DNA of 25,388 nucleotides from a virus (lineage: Duplodnaviria > Caudoviricetes): the IMG/VR virus record IMGVR_UViG_3300022895_000170, positions 1 to 25,388 of that record. One strand, given 5' to 3'. Under the pieces are notes generated by a model, which searched no databases, was not told where the DNA came from, and saw only the letters and a list, made by a program, of their open reading frames with translations. This document shows, in pieces, positions 24,881 to 25,388 of the stretch; the stretch's first letter is position 1, and each line of letters begins with the position of its first letter. The translations under genes and the position numbers were made by a program.

Positions 24881-25388
24881 TGTTTGAATTTATTGAAGCG
24901 CATAAACGGGAGTTTTCGATTGTAAAGATGTGCCGTGTTCTAAAAGTATCGACGAGTGGCTATTATAAATGGTTGGCAAAACAGGCAGCACCGATAACAG
25001 AAAAAGAAGAATATAAAATGAAAGTCACACAAAAAATTAAACAATCGTTTCATGAAAGCTATGGTACGTATGGCAGCCCGCGAGTACATAAAGATCTGTT
25101 GGAATGGGGTTATCCGCTTTCACAAAAAACAGTGGCAAACATCATGCGAGGACTGGAACTGTGCGCAAGACAGCCGAGAAGCTATGTGACGACAACAGAT
25201 TCAAATCATGATGCACTGGTGTATCCGAATATACTGAAACGCATGTTTTATGTGGAAGAACCAGATCAAGTATGGGTCGCTGATATTACCTATATTTGAA
25301 CGTTGGAGGGATGGGTGTATTTAGCGAGTATTATGGATTTGTATTCTCGTAAAATTGTAGCGTGGGAAATGGCCGATCATATGAAAGT
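24880..25388 (+). pseudogene. IS3 transposase OrfB with premature stop
   Basis: MCRVLKVSTSGYYKW, TYGSPRV, then [30 protein letters not shown]. TGA at 25297-25299 interrupts the rve core and the frame continues afterwards. Confidence 0.85.

Larger units (their letters stand above)
24508..25388 (+). mobile_element. IS3-family insertion sequence (left part; truncated by window)
   Basis: Probable left end 5'-TGAGGTTAGTATAAAAAGTGGACAC; orfA/orfB organisation; A6G frameshift motif. Confidence 0.88.

Overview
AT-rich Firmicute DNA. Gene content and RBS style suggest Lysinibacillus or a related Bacillales genus, but this is inference. Between a host 3-hydroxyacyl-CoA dehydrogenase (1-759, minus, truncated) and a host ZIP transporter (19883-20599) lies a compact ~18.6 kb siphophage-derived locus (~975-19580). 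It encodes a membrane protein, a CI/LexA-type self-cleaving repressor with visible operators, a late transcription activator and a duplicated 65-bp late-promoter-like element. It also encodes a non-contractile tail module: terminator, major tail protein, gpG/gpGT chaperones with a GGGAAAG -1 frameshift, a 1564-aa tape measure, Dit, a mosaic tail fibre, a beta-helix tailspike and Tal, followed by holin and an M15 endolysin. I see no integrase, replication, terminase, portal, protease/scaffold, capsid, head-tail adaptor or sheath gene, and there is no room for them. The best reading is a domesticated, DNA-damage-inducible headless F-type (flexible) tailocin, analogous in logic to Listeria monocins. 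The right flank has a Zn-dependent dehydrogenase, a NUMOD4-like hypothetical protein, a Na/Pi cotransporter and an IS3-family element with a nonsense codon in orfB.
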